From an uncultured Planctomycetota bacterium (GTDB lineage: Bacteria > Planctomycetota > Phycisphaerae > Tepidisphaerales > Tepidisphaeraceae), in assembly GCA_963841915.1 (NCBI GenBank), contig CAWJEN010000005.1:160001-224000 (forward strand): a DNA stretch of 64,000 nt. The letters are read 5' to 3'. A program made the position numbers and the translations under genes. Below, one piece after another: positions 39,865 through 49,406 of the stretch; within the stretch, counting starts at the first letter, position 1, and each line of letters opens with the position of its first letter. A model generated the notes under the pieces. It ran no database searches. It saw only the letters and a list, made by a program, of their open reading frames with translations, and had not been told where the DNA came from.

Positions 39865-40338
39865 ATGAGCAAGCCCGGACGCCTTTGCAAGTTCTACGCC
39901 AACACCGATCTCATCACCGGGACGACCAACGCCGGACGCGCGACCGCGGGCCTGGCCAACATCACTGCCGGCGACGAGGTGACGCTTGCCAGGGACATCA
40001 CGACCAACCTCACCCGTGAGACCTTCGAAGCTGCGAGCCGCGGCAGCGACTGGGACTACATGCAGGTCGGTCTGAAGGACGGGACGATCAGCGGCGAGCT
40101 CCTGTTCAAGGAAGATGACCCCGTCTTCGATCTGCTGGAGTCGGCGTTCGACAACGGCACGCCCGTGTTCCTGGCCAGTCTCTCCGGTGCGTACACCGTC
40201 GAAGGCAGCCGTGGACTGCTCGGCAACTACAGCGTCACCACGTTCACCCGCAACGAGCCGCTCCGCAACACCACGACCGTCACGTTCGAGGCCAAGCCTC
40301 ACAGCGACGTGGCGTTCGCCAAGGTGCCGGCGGCCTAA
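39865..40338 (+). CDS. Major tail tube protein
   Basis: 'RDITTNL...SRGSDW....GLKDGTISGE...VTTFTRNEPL' siphovirus tube pattern. Confidence 0.8.
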   Translation: MSKPGRLCKFYANTDLITGTTNAGRATAGLANITAGDEVTLARDITTNLTRETFEAASRGSDWDYMQVGLKDGTISGELLFKEDDPVFDLLESAFDNGTPVFLASLSGAYTVEGSRGLLGNYSVTTFTRNEPLRNTTTVTFEAKPHSDVAFAKVPAA

Positions 40339-40373
40339 GAGCCCGCTCGCCGCCGCCGACCCCAACCCCCGCC

Positions 40374-40820
40374 ATGCCTGAAAGCTCCACCTTCATCGAC
40401 ACCGAGGGCCATGCCTGGTGCCTCCGGATCACGCTCCCGCTCGCCACTCGTGCGCAGCGCGAGGAGTCGATCGACGTCTTCGCAATTCCATCCGATGAGG
40501 GTGCGGCCGAGGCCATCCGCAGCCCGATCAAGCTCTGCAACCTGCTGTGGTGCCTGGTCCGCGATCAAGCACCGGAAGGCGTCGGCCCCGAGGAGTTTGC
40601 GTCCCGTCTCGGCGACGGCGTGATCCTGCGGGCGGCAGAAGCACTCACCGAGGGCATCGCGGATTTCTTCGGCGGCCACCGACAGGGCCAAACGATCCGC
40701 AAGAGCTGTCGGCTGGCGAGGCTGGCCCTGGACCGGATGATGGACGAGGCGATCGACAAGATGGACGACGTCGAGACGTCATTGAAGCCTGCTACCGGCT
40801 CGGCGGATACGTCGGCGTAG
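40374..40820 (+). CDS. Tail assembly chaperone (G-like)
   Basis: Between tube and tape measure genes; F.DT.G..W and ADFF motifs. Confidence 0.75.
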   Translation: MPESSTFIDTEGHAWCLRITLPLATRAQREESIDVFAIPSDEGAAEAIRSPIKLCNLLWCLVRDQAPEGVGPEEFASRLGDGVILRAAEALTEGIADFFGGHRQGQTIRKSCRLARLALDRMMDEAIDKMDDVETSLKPATGSADTSA

Positions 40821-41047
40821 ATCCTCACCGCTTCACCCTCTGGCAACTCCAGGAGCTGGCAGAGGGCAAGCGGTTCGAGCAGTGGCAGCACACGGCACGC
40901 ATGTGCCAGACGATCTCGGCATCAAGCGGCGTCTCTCTCCGCTGGGAAGACATCTTCCCGTTCTACGACGACGGCGAACGCCGTGACGGCGAGCGTGCCG
41001 TGACGAACTTCGACGCCCTCGAGCGAATGTTCGACGACGGATCATGA
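40778..41047 (+). CDS. Tail assembly chaperone extension (T-like, -1 frame, no clear start of its own)
   Basis: 'YRLGGYVGVDPHRFTLWQLQELAEG...W' overlaps the chaperone 3' end in the -1 frame; ATGA coupled to the next gene. Confidence 0.6.
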   Translation, partial: VIEACYRLGGYVGVDPHRFTLWQLQELAEGKRFEQWQHTARMCQTISASSGVSLRWEDIFPFYDDGERRDGERAVTNFDALERMFDDGS

Positions 41048-41439
41048 TCGGCCTCAGCAGCAAAGTGACCTTCGACAAGCGTCGCATCGCCGACGCTGTA
41101 GACGACGCGACGTCCGAGCAGCTCGAGCAGTCGGCTGCGTTCATCCGCGAATCGGCCAGGCGATCCATCAAGACGTCGGACGAGACCTCCCCCGCGGGCT
41201 CGACGCCGAACTCGCAGACGGGCCAGCTCCAGCAGATCTACTTCAGCTTCGATGCCAGCTTGAACGGGTTCGTGATCGGCCCGGCGAAGTTGTCGGGCGT
41301 CGACACGAATGCAGACTTGCACGAGTTCGGCGGTATCAGTGACGACGGCCACCGTTACGCACCCCGGCCGTTCATGAACCCGGCGCTGCGTCGGGAGGTC
41401 AAGAACCTGCTCGGCCGGTTCGCGGGATCCGTCAAATGA
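41044..41439 (+). CDS. Tail completion protein (HK97 gp10-like)
   Basis: 'SPAGSTPNSQTGQL', 'HEFGG', 'PRPFMNPA'. Confidence 0.75.
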   Translation: MIGLSSKVTFDKRRIADAVDDATSEQLEQSAAFIRESARRSIKTSDETSPAGSTPNSQTGQLQQIYFSFDASLNGFVIGPAKLSGVDTNADLHEFGGISDDGHRYAPRPFMNPALRREVKNLLGRFAGSVK

Positions 41440-41463
41440 TCGTGGCGGACGCCTCTGTAGGGC

Positions 41464-44415
41464 GTGGTAGCGTCCGCTGCAATTCGCGCTGGTGAAGCGT
41501 TTGTTCTGCTGTACGCGGAGGACAAGCTAACGCCGGTGCTCGACCGGATCGAGGCGAGGCTGAAGGGCTTCGGCACCAACCTGCTCAAGACGAGTGCGGC
41601 GATCGGCGGCATCGGTGCCGGCGTGGCCATCGGTCTGGCCCCGGCGGTCAAGGCGGCCAGCGACCTGGCCGAGACGGATTCGAAGCTCGATCAGGTGTTT
41701 GGCGGCTCGGCACGTTCCGCTCGGCAGTGGGCCGACAACTTTGGTCGCGAGGTCGGACGGTCGCAGGCGTCGGTACGGGCGTTCCTGTCAGACGCGCAGG
41801 GCCTCATCGTGCCCATGGGCGTCGACGAGCAGGGAGCGGCGGAGATCAGCAAGACGATGACCCGCCTGGCGGTCGACCTGGCCAGCTTCAACAACACGAC
41901 CGACGAGTCGGCGTTTCTGGCACTTCGCAGCGGCATCACCGGCGAGAGCGAGCCGCTGAAGCGGTACGGCATCCTGCTGACGGAGGCGGCGACCAAGGCC
42001 AAGCTGCTCGAGCAGAACATCGACCCGAAGAACGCGACGAACGCGGAGAAGGTCTACGCCCGGCTCGCGATCATCACGGCAGCGACGTCGGCCGCTCAGG
42101 GTGATGCGACCCGCACGGCCGGGTCCATGGTCAACCAGGTCAAGGCGTTGTCGGCGGCCGGTTCCGACCTGGCGGCGACGATTGGTGAAGCGGTCATGCC
42201 CGTGGTGCTGCCGCTCATGCGGGCCCTGACGACCGGCGTCCGCACGGTGGCCGACTTTGCCAAGGAGCACGAGACGTTGGTGAAGGTGGTCGCGATCGCT
42301 GCCACGGTGGTGGTGGGACTGACGGCCGCAGCGGCCGCCCTGCTGGCGACGCTGGCCGCCGGCGTCGTGTTGCTCGGAACGATGATCGGCAGTCTGTTCA
42401 CGGTGGTGTCGGTGATCGGGATCATCATGGCACCGCTGGCGTCACTGGCGACGGCGATCGGCGTGGCCAAGATCGGGTTCACCGGGCTCTTGTTCGTCCT
42501 GAAGCTGTTGTCGCCGATCATCCTGCCGGCGGTCGCGGCCGTCGCATCCCTGGCGGCCGGGCTGGCGGTGGTGTACGTGCTGACGAGCGACATGAGTCTG
42601 GCGTTGAAGGGCGTTGCACTGGCGATCGGTCTGTGGATCGCCCCGCTGATCACGGTGGTGGCGCTGCTCGCTGTGCTGGCAAAGGCCGGCGGCGACTGGT
42701 TGTCTTCTGGTGTGGACACGGCGAAGCCGTCACAAACTGCCGCCGAGGATCTAGCGCGGCTCGAGGACAGCATTCGTGCTCGCGAGAAAGCCGTTGCTCG
42801 GCTCCGCGAGCTTGACGAGCTGGGGGCGGGCGGCGCGGCGGCGGCCGAGGCGGCTCCGCTTGTCGCAGCACTGTCCGAAGAGTTCGGCGACCTTGGCCTT
42901 CAAGTCGACGCGGCCACCGGCCGGATCAAGGGCCTGAGTGAAGCGCTCGACGCGATTGATGAGCGGAATCGGAACGAACGCCTCGATGCAACGAACGCCG
43001 CACTGCGACAGGCAACGGCGAATGCGAAGAAGTACGGCAAGGAGCTCGACTCGATCCGCGGCAGGTTCTTTGGTACCGGCGGAACGATGCTGACAGGTGG
43101 CGACGAGAACGTCGGCCGAGTCGACGACATTGCTATCGCGCTCGAGGAGGAAAACGCAAAGATTGATGAGCTGATGGCGAAGCGGGCCGATCTTCTCGGC
43201 AAGTACACCGCCACCAGCCGCAAGAAGGCGAAGGCCGACTATATCGCCGGGCTTCAAGATGTTACTGACGAGCGTCTGAAGTTTGCCGCCAGCATTGAAG
43301 ATCTGACGATCGAAGATCAGCAGCTCCGCGATCTAAAGGCGTACGTCGAGTCCCAGGAGATTCGGCTCGACGCGCTCGTCGACTATGCGGAGGGCGAAGG
43401 CAATGAGCTGGCCGTGCGACAGCTCCAGGACGAGCGCGTCCGCTTGTACCGCGAGGCCGAGGCACGCATGGTCGCAATCCATGCCGACGCCGAAGCCCAA
43501 CGTCGGGCGGAGGAACAAAAGCGGTTCGAGGAACAGGAACGGCTTGCCCGTCGGCAGGCGAGTCTTGTCGCCCGACTGTTCAGCTCGTTCAAGGTAGACG
43601 ATGTCATCGACATCGGCGAGGCGAGCAACCGCCGCGTCGCGTACGAGCTGCGGCCTTACCTCAACGATGACGAGCTGCAGGCCCTGCTCAACGACCTGGC
43701 CCGGCTCGGCGATTTCGAGACAAGCGGGCTTGCCAACATCGAAGAGCAGGCCGAGGCCGGGGTGAAGCCGGCCGACCTGGAACGCCGGCGGACGGCCTTG
43801 CTGGCCGAGGCCGAGAAACAGCGGGCGGCGATCCGCGACAAGTACACGGCCAGCTACCGCGATCGTGCCACCGAGGCAGAGGAGTACCTGCACCGACTTC
43901 GCATCAAGCTCGCCGACGCGTCGGGCGACACGGGCCAGGCGACGCAGCTGCGTGACGAGCTGGAACGGGCTCGCGTGGTCCGCGAGATCAACAAGATGTA
44001 CGGCGAAGGCTCCAAGCGTGCCGCCGACGCGCTCGAGCTGTTCGACGAAGCCGGCAGCTTGGCCCGAAGCCGCTCGGCCGACCAGCTCGAGACCGAGCTG
44101 CGGATCGACGTCGCCGAAGCCGGCGGCGACGGGGCATTGGCCAAGCGGCTACGTGACGAGCTGGCCGCGGCCGAGTTCGAGGTGAAGCTCAAGACCCTGG
44201 GCCTCGACGAGGATCGCGAGGAGCGTCTACGCGAGCTTCGCCGCCAGAGCGTCGAGGCGGTTCAGGAGAACGTCACGTCGGCCGGCATCTTCAACGTTCG
44301 GGCGATCCAGTCGCTCGTCGGCGGCGGGTATGAGCAGCAACTGCTCGATGAGACCAAACAGGTCGTGCGGAACACCCGCAAGATCGCAGACAAACCGGGA
44401 GTGACCTTCGCATGA
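41464..44415 (+). CDS. Tape measure protein
   Basis: 983 aa, helical; IRAGEAFV, ASDLAET.SK..QVFG, DLASFNN, GESEPLKRYGI; central hydrophobic block. Confidence 0.92.
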   Translation: MVASAAIRAGEAFVLLYAEDKLTPVLDRIEARLKGFGTNLLKTSAAIGGIGAGVAIGLAPAVKAASDLAETDSKLDQVFGGSARSARQWADNFGREVGRSQASVRAFLSDAQGLIVPMGVDEQGAAEISKTMTRLAVDLASFNNTTDESAFLALRSGITGESEPLKRYGILLTEAATKAKLLEQNIDPKNATNAEKVYARLAIITAATSAAQGDATRTAGSMVNQVKALSAAGSDLAATIGEAVMPVVLPLMRALTTGVRTVADFAKEHETLVKVVAIAATVVVGLTAAAAALLATLAAGVVLLGTMIGSLFTVVSVIGIIMAPLASLATAIGVAKIGFTGLLFVLKLLSPIILPAVAAVASLAAGLAVVYVLTSDMSLALKGVALAIGLWIAPLITVVALLAVLAKAGGDWLSSGVDTAKPSQTAAEDLARLEDSIRAREKAVARLRELDELGAGGAAAAEAAPLVAALSEEFGDLGLQVDAATGRIKGLSEALDAIDERNRNERLDATNAALRQATANAKKYGKELDSIRGRFFGTGGTMLTGGDENVGRVDDIAIALEEENAKIDELMAKRADLLGKYTATSRKKAKADYIAGLQDVTDERLKFAASIEDLTIEDQQLRDLKAYVESQEIRLDALVDYAEGEGNELAVRQLQDERVRLYREAEARMVAIHADAEAQRRAEEQKRFEEQERLARRQASLVARLFSSFKVDDVIDIGEASNRRVAYELRPYLNDDELQALLNDLARLGDFETSGLANIEEQAEAGVKPADLERRRTALLAEAEKQRAAIRDKYTASYRDRATEAEEYLHRLRIKLADASGDTGQATQLRDELERARVVREINKMYGEGSKRAADALELFDEAGSLARSRSADQLETELRIDVAEAGGDGALAKRLRDELAAAEFEVKLKTLGLDEDREERLRELRRQSVEAVQENVTSAGIFNVRAIQSLVGGGYEQQLLDETKQVVRNTRKIADKPGVTFA

Positions 44416-45230
44416 GCTTCCTCATCGATGAGCGGACGGGCAAGCGGCGGGCGACGGCGAGTTCGTCGACCCGCGAGTACGTCATCCGTCGCGACGACAA
44501 CAGCGGCACGCCGATCGACGTGTCCGAGTTCCTTGGTCCGCTCGAGGCCGAGCTGCCGACGACGGTCGATGGCCTTCCGTTCAACACCGACGCCCTCGAC
44601 CTCGAGGAGGCTGGCGATCGGCTTTGGTACGTCACCGCCGTTTGGGGCGAGCCGCCGATCGTCGCACTCGGCGAGGAGGAGACGTTCGGGTTCGACGTCA
44701 GCGGCCAGGGCGTGCGGTACACCCACAGCTTCGAGACGATGGGGCAGTACGGCAGCGAGCTGACCGACTACGGCCAGGCGATCAACGTCCGCGGCGAAGG
44801 GCCGGACCAGTCGATCGACGGGGCCGACGTCATCGTGCCGCAGGCCAGCTTCACACGGTCGATCCCCTTCTCTGTCGAGCGGGCCTTCAGCGACGGATGG
44901 TTCCGCCGCGTGTGCCTCGTGGTCGGCACGGTCAACTCTGTGGCCAGCCAGGGATTCGAGCCAGGCGAGTTGCTGCTGAATCGCATCGCCGGCCGGCAGA
45001 CGAGCTCGACTCAGTTCCGGGTCGACCTGGGCTTTGCGTTCAGCCCAAACGAGACAGGGCTTTCCGTGGGCTCGATCACCGTGCCGACGAAGCGTGGCTG
45101 GGACTATCTTTGGGTTCGCTCGACGTCAGAGGTGTCGGGCGGACAGATGGTCGTGACGCCGAAGCAGGTGAATATCGAGCGGGTGTATCGGTATGAAGAC
45201 TGGGCCGTGCTCGAGGAGAGTGGGCTGTGA
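44412..45230 (+). CDS. Tail-tip protein (distal tail/hub-like)
   Basis: Follows tape measure; 'GTVNS...GFEPGELL', 'KRGWDYLWV'. Confidence 0.65.
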   Translation: MSFLIDERTGKRRATASSSTREYVIRRDDNSGTPIDVSEFLGPLEAELPTTVDGLPFNTDALDLEEAGDRLWYVTAVWGEPPIVALGEEETFGFDVSGQGVRYTHSFETMGQYGSELTDYGQAINVRGEGPDQSIDGADVIVPQASFTRSIPFSVERAFSDGWFRRVCLVVGTVNSVASQGFEPGELLLNRIAGRQTSSTQFRVDLGFAFSPNETGLSVGSITVPTKRGWDYLWVRSTSEVSGGQMVVTPKQVNIERVYRYEDWAVLEESGL

Positions 45231-45703
45231 GCTACGGCAAGGTCAGTCCTGGCCAGCCGCTCAGCATCCCGGCCGAGGCGTACAACGCGATGGTCGACGC
45301 TGCCGTTGCCCACCGCAAAGGCGACGGCAAGCACACCGGGTCCGAGCGTGGCAAGCGGTTCACCATCGACGCCCGGATCACGGGCCACGCGCGGGACGGA
45401 TCGAATTGGCGGTGGCGGTACGACTGGGAACAGGTCGTGCCCGACGGCGGTGACTTCGAGTACACGGCCGCCGGCTACACGTCGAGCGGCTACGGCCAGG
45501 CCCTCAACAGATTCGAAGCGATGAACGGTGCGAGCGGGCTGCTCGGCAACGGCGTCGACACAGCCAGCCTCGACGCCACGAGTATTGAGCCGCAGCCTTC
45601 GCCGAGCGGGCTAATCGTAGAGCTGACCTGGTCGGTCGGGCCGAACGGTTCCGGGCGGTGGCTGTTCAGCTACGCGACCGGCCTGAACGGAGCCTGCGAA
45701 TGA
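45227..45703 (+). CDS. Tail-tip associated protein
   Basis: Coupled; 'KVSPGQPLSIPAEAYNAMVDA'. Confidence 0.6.
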   Translation: MSYGKVSPGQPLSIPAEAYNAMVDAAVAHRKGDGKHTGSERGKRFTIDARITGHARDGSNWRWRYDWEQVVPDGGDFEYTAAGYTSSGYGQALNRFEAMNGASGLLGNGVDTASLDATSIEPQPSPSGLIVELTWSVGPNGSGRWLFSYATGLNGACE

Positions 45704-46695
45704 GTGCGACCCTGCTACGACGCAGGTGCTGCTGCGGAGGCGTGGTGGGCTCCTGTGGCCAAGGATGCCCCGATGGCTCCAGCGACTGCGCGGCCGAAGA
45801 AATCGTACCGTTCTACCGCTATCTCATCCTTGACTGCGACGGCCAGTCGATCACAGACTCGACTGGCCGCCCCTATCTGGCCTGTCACCCGCAAGAGCTG
45901 GTGGACACGCAAGACATTTTCAAGCCCGGACTGCAGAAGTGCCCCCGCGTACCACAAGGTGCACAACCCCTCACCGATGCCGAGCTTGCGGACTTGGGCG
46001 CAGTGCGGTTCCTGAACAGCATTGATAGCTGTTGCCCCCGAAGCAGGTCTTATTCGCCGACCTCGACGTCAACCTACGGCCCGAGCAGTATCACAGTCTC
46101 TCTGCCGACGCTGCAAAACCCATTCGCCGGCAGCTATTCGCGCGGAAACACTGGTCCCTGCTACTTGTTTTCAGAGGTATCAGGCGAGTCGATTAGCGGC
46201 ACGTTTGATCTGCCCTACGGCCAGAGCGGCTACCTCTACGAAGGGCCAACGGAGCAACGCAGCTATGGCAGGTGGAAAATGCAGCCGGAGACTAACAGCA
46301 GCAGTCAGCGAGACTGCGTTGCGGTTCCATTTTCGCCGCGCACTCAAACAGAACATACCGAGGTGCGAGCGATCCTTAATTGGGGCACAACGAACGACGG
46401 CCAGTGTGGTGTTCGCATTACCGTAAGCGCTGTTCGTCGAGGCGGCTTCTACGGCGTTCCAAACGGTTCGTTCTTTCTTAGCGACGGCGGCGTTGACTTT
46501 GTGCCAGTTTCGCCCGGTGCGTGCTACCCAATGACGTTCACGCTGCCCTTCAGCACTGGAAAGTGGACCGCCGAACCCTACTTAGAATCAGGTGCCTGCT
46601 GTGATCCTCCCATCCCGGATAGTGCTCCCGACCTCATTAGGGTGACCGACCAGCAGGATTCGTGGGGATCTGCCACGGTGACACTGAACCCATGA
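45700..46695 (+). CDS. Cys-rich tail-end protein (receptor-binding candidate)
   Basis: RRRCCCGG N-terminus, many Cys; visibly lower GC from ~46000. Confidence 0.55.
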   Translation: MSATLLRRRCCCGGVVGSCGQGCPDGSSDCAAEEIVPFYRYLILDCDGQSITDSTGRPYLACHPQELVDTQDIFKPGLQKCPRVPQGAQPLTDAELADLGAVRFLNSIDSCCPRSRSYSPTSTSTYGPSSITVSLPTLQNPFAGSYSRGNTGPCYLFSEVSGESISGTFDLPYGQSGYLYEGPTEQRSYGRWKMQPETNSSSQRDCVAVPFSPRTQTEHTEVRAILNWGTTNDGQCGVRITVSAVRRGGFYGVPNGSFFLSDGGVDFVPVSPGACYPMTFTLPFSTGKWTAEPYLESGACCDPPIPDSAPDLIRVTDQQDSWGSATVTLNP

Positions 46696-47069
46696 ATATC
46701 GACACGTGCCAAGTATGTCCTGAGCGGCGGCGCCCTTGCAGCGGTGCGTGCCCGTGCGGTGCCGACGAGCAGGGCCGCGACATCGGCGAGCTTGCCACCG
46801 CCGGCACCTGCCCATTGGGCAAGTTCGACCAGCCCGCCGAGCCGCAGCCGGTCAAGGTCAACGTCATCAAAGGCGTCGTCGGTCTGGCCAAGGCCGCCAC
46901 CGGCATCGACCGCGCCGGCGACGACACCATCGCCAGCCGCAAGGCGACGTGTGACGCCTGTCAGAAGCAAGGCCGCACGCTCGGCCTTGAGACGTGCGGC
47001 GTCTGCGGTTGCAGCCTTGCCGCCAAGCGACGCATCAAGTCGGAGGCGTGCCCGCTGGGCAAGTGGTAG
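46692..47069 (+). CDS. Small Cys-rich metal-binding protein
   Basis: CxxC pairs; duplicated CPLGK(F/W); R...CDAC...CGVCGC....K......CPLGKW. Confidence 0.7.
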   Translation: MNIDTCQVCPERRRPCSGACPCGADEQGRDIGELATAGTCPLGKFDQPAEPQPVKVNVIKGVVGLAKAATGIDRAGDDTIASRKATCDACQKQGRTLGLETCGVCGCSLAAKRRIKSEACPLGKW

Positions 47070-47072
47070 CAT

Positions 47073-47465
47073 TTGGTCGTGCCCCGCCTGCTCCGAGACA
47101 CTGCCGTCGTCCTGTTCCTGCTCGCCGTCGGCTACGGCGGGTGGTGGCTGACGTACGGCCGGCACCTGCCGCGGGTCGAGCGGGACATGCTCGCCGCCGG
47201 CACGGCCGCGACGACGATCGAGCAGCAGTTTGCCCTGAAGTTCGACAGCAGTCATGCCGCGACGGATCACCTGAGGGACGGCCAGGCACCAATGGCCGGC
47301 ATTGGCAACGTCGACGGCGGCTACTACAGCGTGACGGGCACCGCGACGGGCGTGGACGAGCAAGACCGCGAGGCCATCATCGACTTCACCGGCGTCATAT
47401 TCATCTGCGAGATCGACGGCGAGCCGCAAGCGGCGATGATGGAGCTGAGGATCGAGCGGCGATGA
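47073..47465 (+). CDS. Membrane-anchored hypothetical protein
   Basis: N-terminal TM; last gene of the rightward late block. Confidence 0.55.
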   Translation: MVVPRLLRDTAVVLFLLAVGYGGWWLTYGRHLPRVERDMLAAGTAATTIEQQFALKFDSSHAATDHLRDGQAPMAGIGNVDGGYYSVTGTATGVDEQDREAIIDFTGVIFICEIDGEPQAAMMELRIERR

Positions 47466-47482
47466 GGCGACTACGGGCCGCC

Positions 47483-48016
47483 CTACTCCCGCATTGCAAT
47501 CGTGGCCCTGATTACGCTCCCGCCGCCTGAAAGGCGCACCGCAAAGTCGCCCCGCACCATGGCTCCGAATCGGTTCTGCGCATCGACAGACCCGCTTACA
47601 ACCCATCGCGTATTGCCGACGTCGCGCACGCTGACATCTGAAAACTCTGCGGTCGAGGGCGAGCGGAGCTTGTTTAAGATGGCGGTTTTCGCAATCTCCT
47701 CAAATCGCTGTTCCTGAGTCGGCTCAGCTTCGGCGAAGTAGAAAGCGTTTATGTAGAAGAGTGGCAGGCAAACGATCACGATAGCCGCGCCGACGGCTGT
47801 TGCCAGCCGTCGGAATCCGCTAGCCGTGAATGCTGCATCTGGGTGCCGGCCAACTTCCTCAGTGGTGTGCCGAACCTCCGTCGCCGACTTCACCACCAAG
47901 CCACGACGATTCGCCCGTCGCGTCGCCTGTTCTTCGTCGTCGGCGTCGACGGTGACGACCCGATCATCGCCGGTTGATCGGTCCGCACCCGTTACCCGCC
48001 ATGTGTGCTTGCTCAT
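47483..48016 (-). CDS. Single-TM protein coupled to the repressor (superinfection-exclusion candidate)
   Basis: ATGA overlap with repressor stop; TM then 'LRSPSTAEF...VDAQNRFGAMVR' domain. Confidence 0.6.
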   Translation of the reverse strand: MSKHTWRVTGADRSTGDDRVVTVDADDEEQATRRANRRGLVVKSATEVRHTTEEVGRHPDAAFTASGFRRLATAVGAAIVIVCLPLFYINAFYFAEAEPTQEQRFEEIAKTAILNKLRSPSTAEFSDVSVRDVGNTRWVVSGSVDAQNRFGAMVRGDFAVRLSGGGSVIRATIAMRE

Positions 48017-48705
48017 GCGTGATCCTGCTCGGCCTTGCCGTTCACCGGTCCGCCACTGAACGTCACCCGTGCCACGCGGCGCAGCTGCGACAGCGGAATA
48101 GGGAGCGGTGGGCGGGCCTCATGGTTGTCGCACGACAGCACCAGCACGGCGCGTCGCCCCGCACCGTCGATCGACTCCAGCCGCTTCAAGGTGCGGATGC
48201 CGGTCTGTGTTTCGATGACGACCACGCGGCCGACCACGTCATCAATCTTGTCCACGACCTTGGCGTAGACGAGCGAGCCGGGGCCGATGGTCGGCAGCAT
48301 GCAGTCGCCCTCCACCATCGCGGCGAAGTCGGCATCCACGCCTGGCGGCAAGCCCGCTGATTGTTGTTCCTCATCGTCGCGGACACGCTCACCATCGGCG
48401 GGAACGTGGACGAAGGGCACGGTGGTCTGGAACGGGGTCAGCTCGCCAAGGTTCTGCTCGCCTGCCCAAGGGTCGTCGGCCTCGCCACGGGCGGCTGCTA
48501 CAACAACATCGAGGTCGACATCAAGCGCCTCCGCGAGCGGCCTCCAATTGAGTTTCTTAAGAGACTTCGTGCGTCCCTTGAGCAGGTTTCGCAGCGCAGC
48601 GTCAGTGATGCCGACGCGGCGTGAGAACGAGCCGATGGTCTCGTCACTTCTGTCGAGCTTCATCTGTACGAGCTCGGCTTGATTCACGGTGAGATTCGTC
48701 AGCAT
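48013..48705 (-). CDS. CI-like repressor (Xre HTH + S24 peptidase-like domain)
   Basis: HTH 'FSRRVGITDAALRNLLKGRTK'; S24 motif VEGDCMLP...TLKRL; divergent from a cro-like gene. Confidence 0.88.
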   Translation of the reverse strand: MLTNLTVNQAELVQMKLDRSDETIGSFSRRVGITDAALRNLLKGRTKSLKKLNWRPLAEALDVDLDVVVAAARGEADDPWAGEQNLGELTPFQTTVPFVHVPADGERVRDDEEQQSAGLPPGVDADFAAMVEGDCMLPTIGPGSLVYAKVVDKIDDVVGRVVVIETQTGIRTLKRLESIDGAGRRAVLVLSCDNHEARPPLPIPLSQLRRVARVTFSGGPVNGKAEQDHA

Positions 48706-48801
48706 CGACGGTACACGTTGTATCCGTTTCGACCGTCAGTCAAACGTCAAAATGGTTATGATGATTGACGGACGCAAAGATGGGCATTATGTTGCCGTCA
48801 C
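48706..48801. promoter_or_regulatory. Divergent immunity control region
   Basis: AT-richer spacer; rightward TTGACG(48765)-N17-TATGTT(48788); several CGTCA/TGACG half-sites. Confidence 0.7.
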
Positions 48802-49053
48802 ATGTCCGTCACAACCGACACGATTATCTACACGGCCGGAGAGGTCGCGAGGCACCTGAAGGTTGCTCCTCGAACGGCCTGCAGGCTGATTGACGACGGC
48901 AAGCTGAAGGGGTATCGGCTGCCCACCGGCGGTCGTGACCGTCGCGTTTCGCACGAGTCCCTCGTGGCGTTCATCCGCGAGCACGGCATGCCCGAGAGCA
49001 TGATCCCGCAGCCGGCCGCTGAGAAAACCGAGCCCGCCCACGCGGCCGCCTGA
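48802..49053 (+). CDS. Cro-equivalent HTH_17 (excisionase-type) protein
   Basis: 'YTAGEVARHLKVAPRTACRLIDDGKLKGYRLP..RDRRV...L..F...HGMP'. Confidence 0.8.
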   Translation: MSVTTDTIIYTAGEVARHLKVAPRTACRLIDDGKLKGYRLPTGGRDRRVSHESLVAFIREHGMPESMIPQPAAEKTEPAHAAA

Positions 49054-49063
49054 GCCCCCACCC

Positions 49064-49098
49064 GGCCCGTCGTCGCGCCACTGCGGCGGCGGGTCTTT
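49064..49098 (+). terminator. tR1-like hairpin after the cro-like gene
   Basis: GGCCCGTCGTCGC-GCCACT-GCGGCGGCGGGTC then TTT (short U tract). Confidence 0.5.
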
Positions 49099-49128
49099 CG
49101 GCCGCCTGAGCCCATCACCCGACACGCC

Positions 49129-49341
49129 ATGACCGAGGCCCTTTTCACAGTCGTCTTCCTGCTGACGTGGTCCCTGCTGCTCATCGCCCAGGTCCGGGAC
49201 AACCGCCGCAGCCGACGCAAGCTCCGCGACAGCGACCGCCTCTTGCGGCGGGCAACACGGCATTACAGCGACGCCCGCAAGTGCCTCGAGCGCAGCAGTC
49301 AGCACCACATCCACGAGCTGCGCGAGCCGTCGCTCAACTGA
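49129..49341 (+). CDS. Small membrane protein
   Basis: N-terminal TM with basic tail. Confidence 0.55.
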   Translation: MTEALFTVVFLLTWSLLLIAQVRDNRRSRRKLRDSDRLLRRATRHYSDARKCLERSSQHHIHELREPSLN

Positions 49342-49406
49342 TCCACCCCACCCACCAAAAAGCCCGCCGCGGCAGCAACCGCAGGCGGGCAGAAGGAAAC
49401 AAGCGA

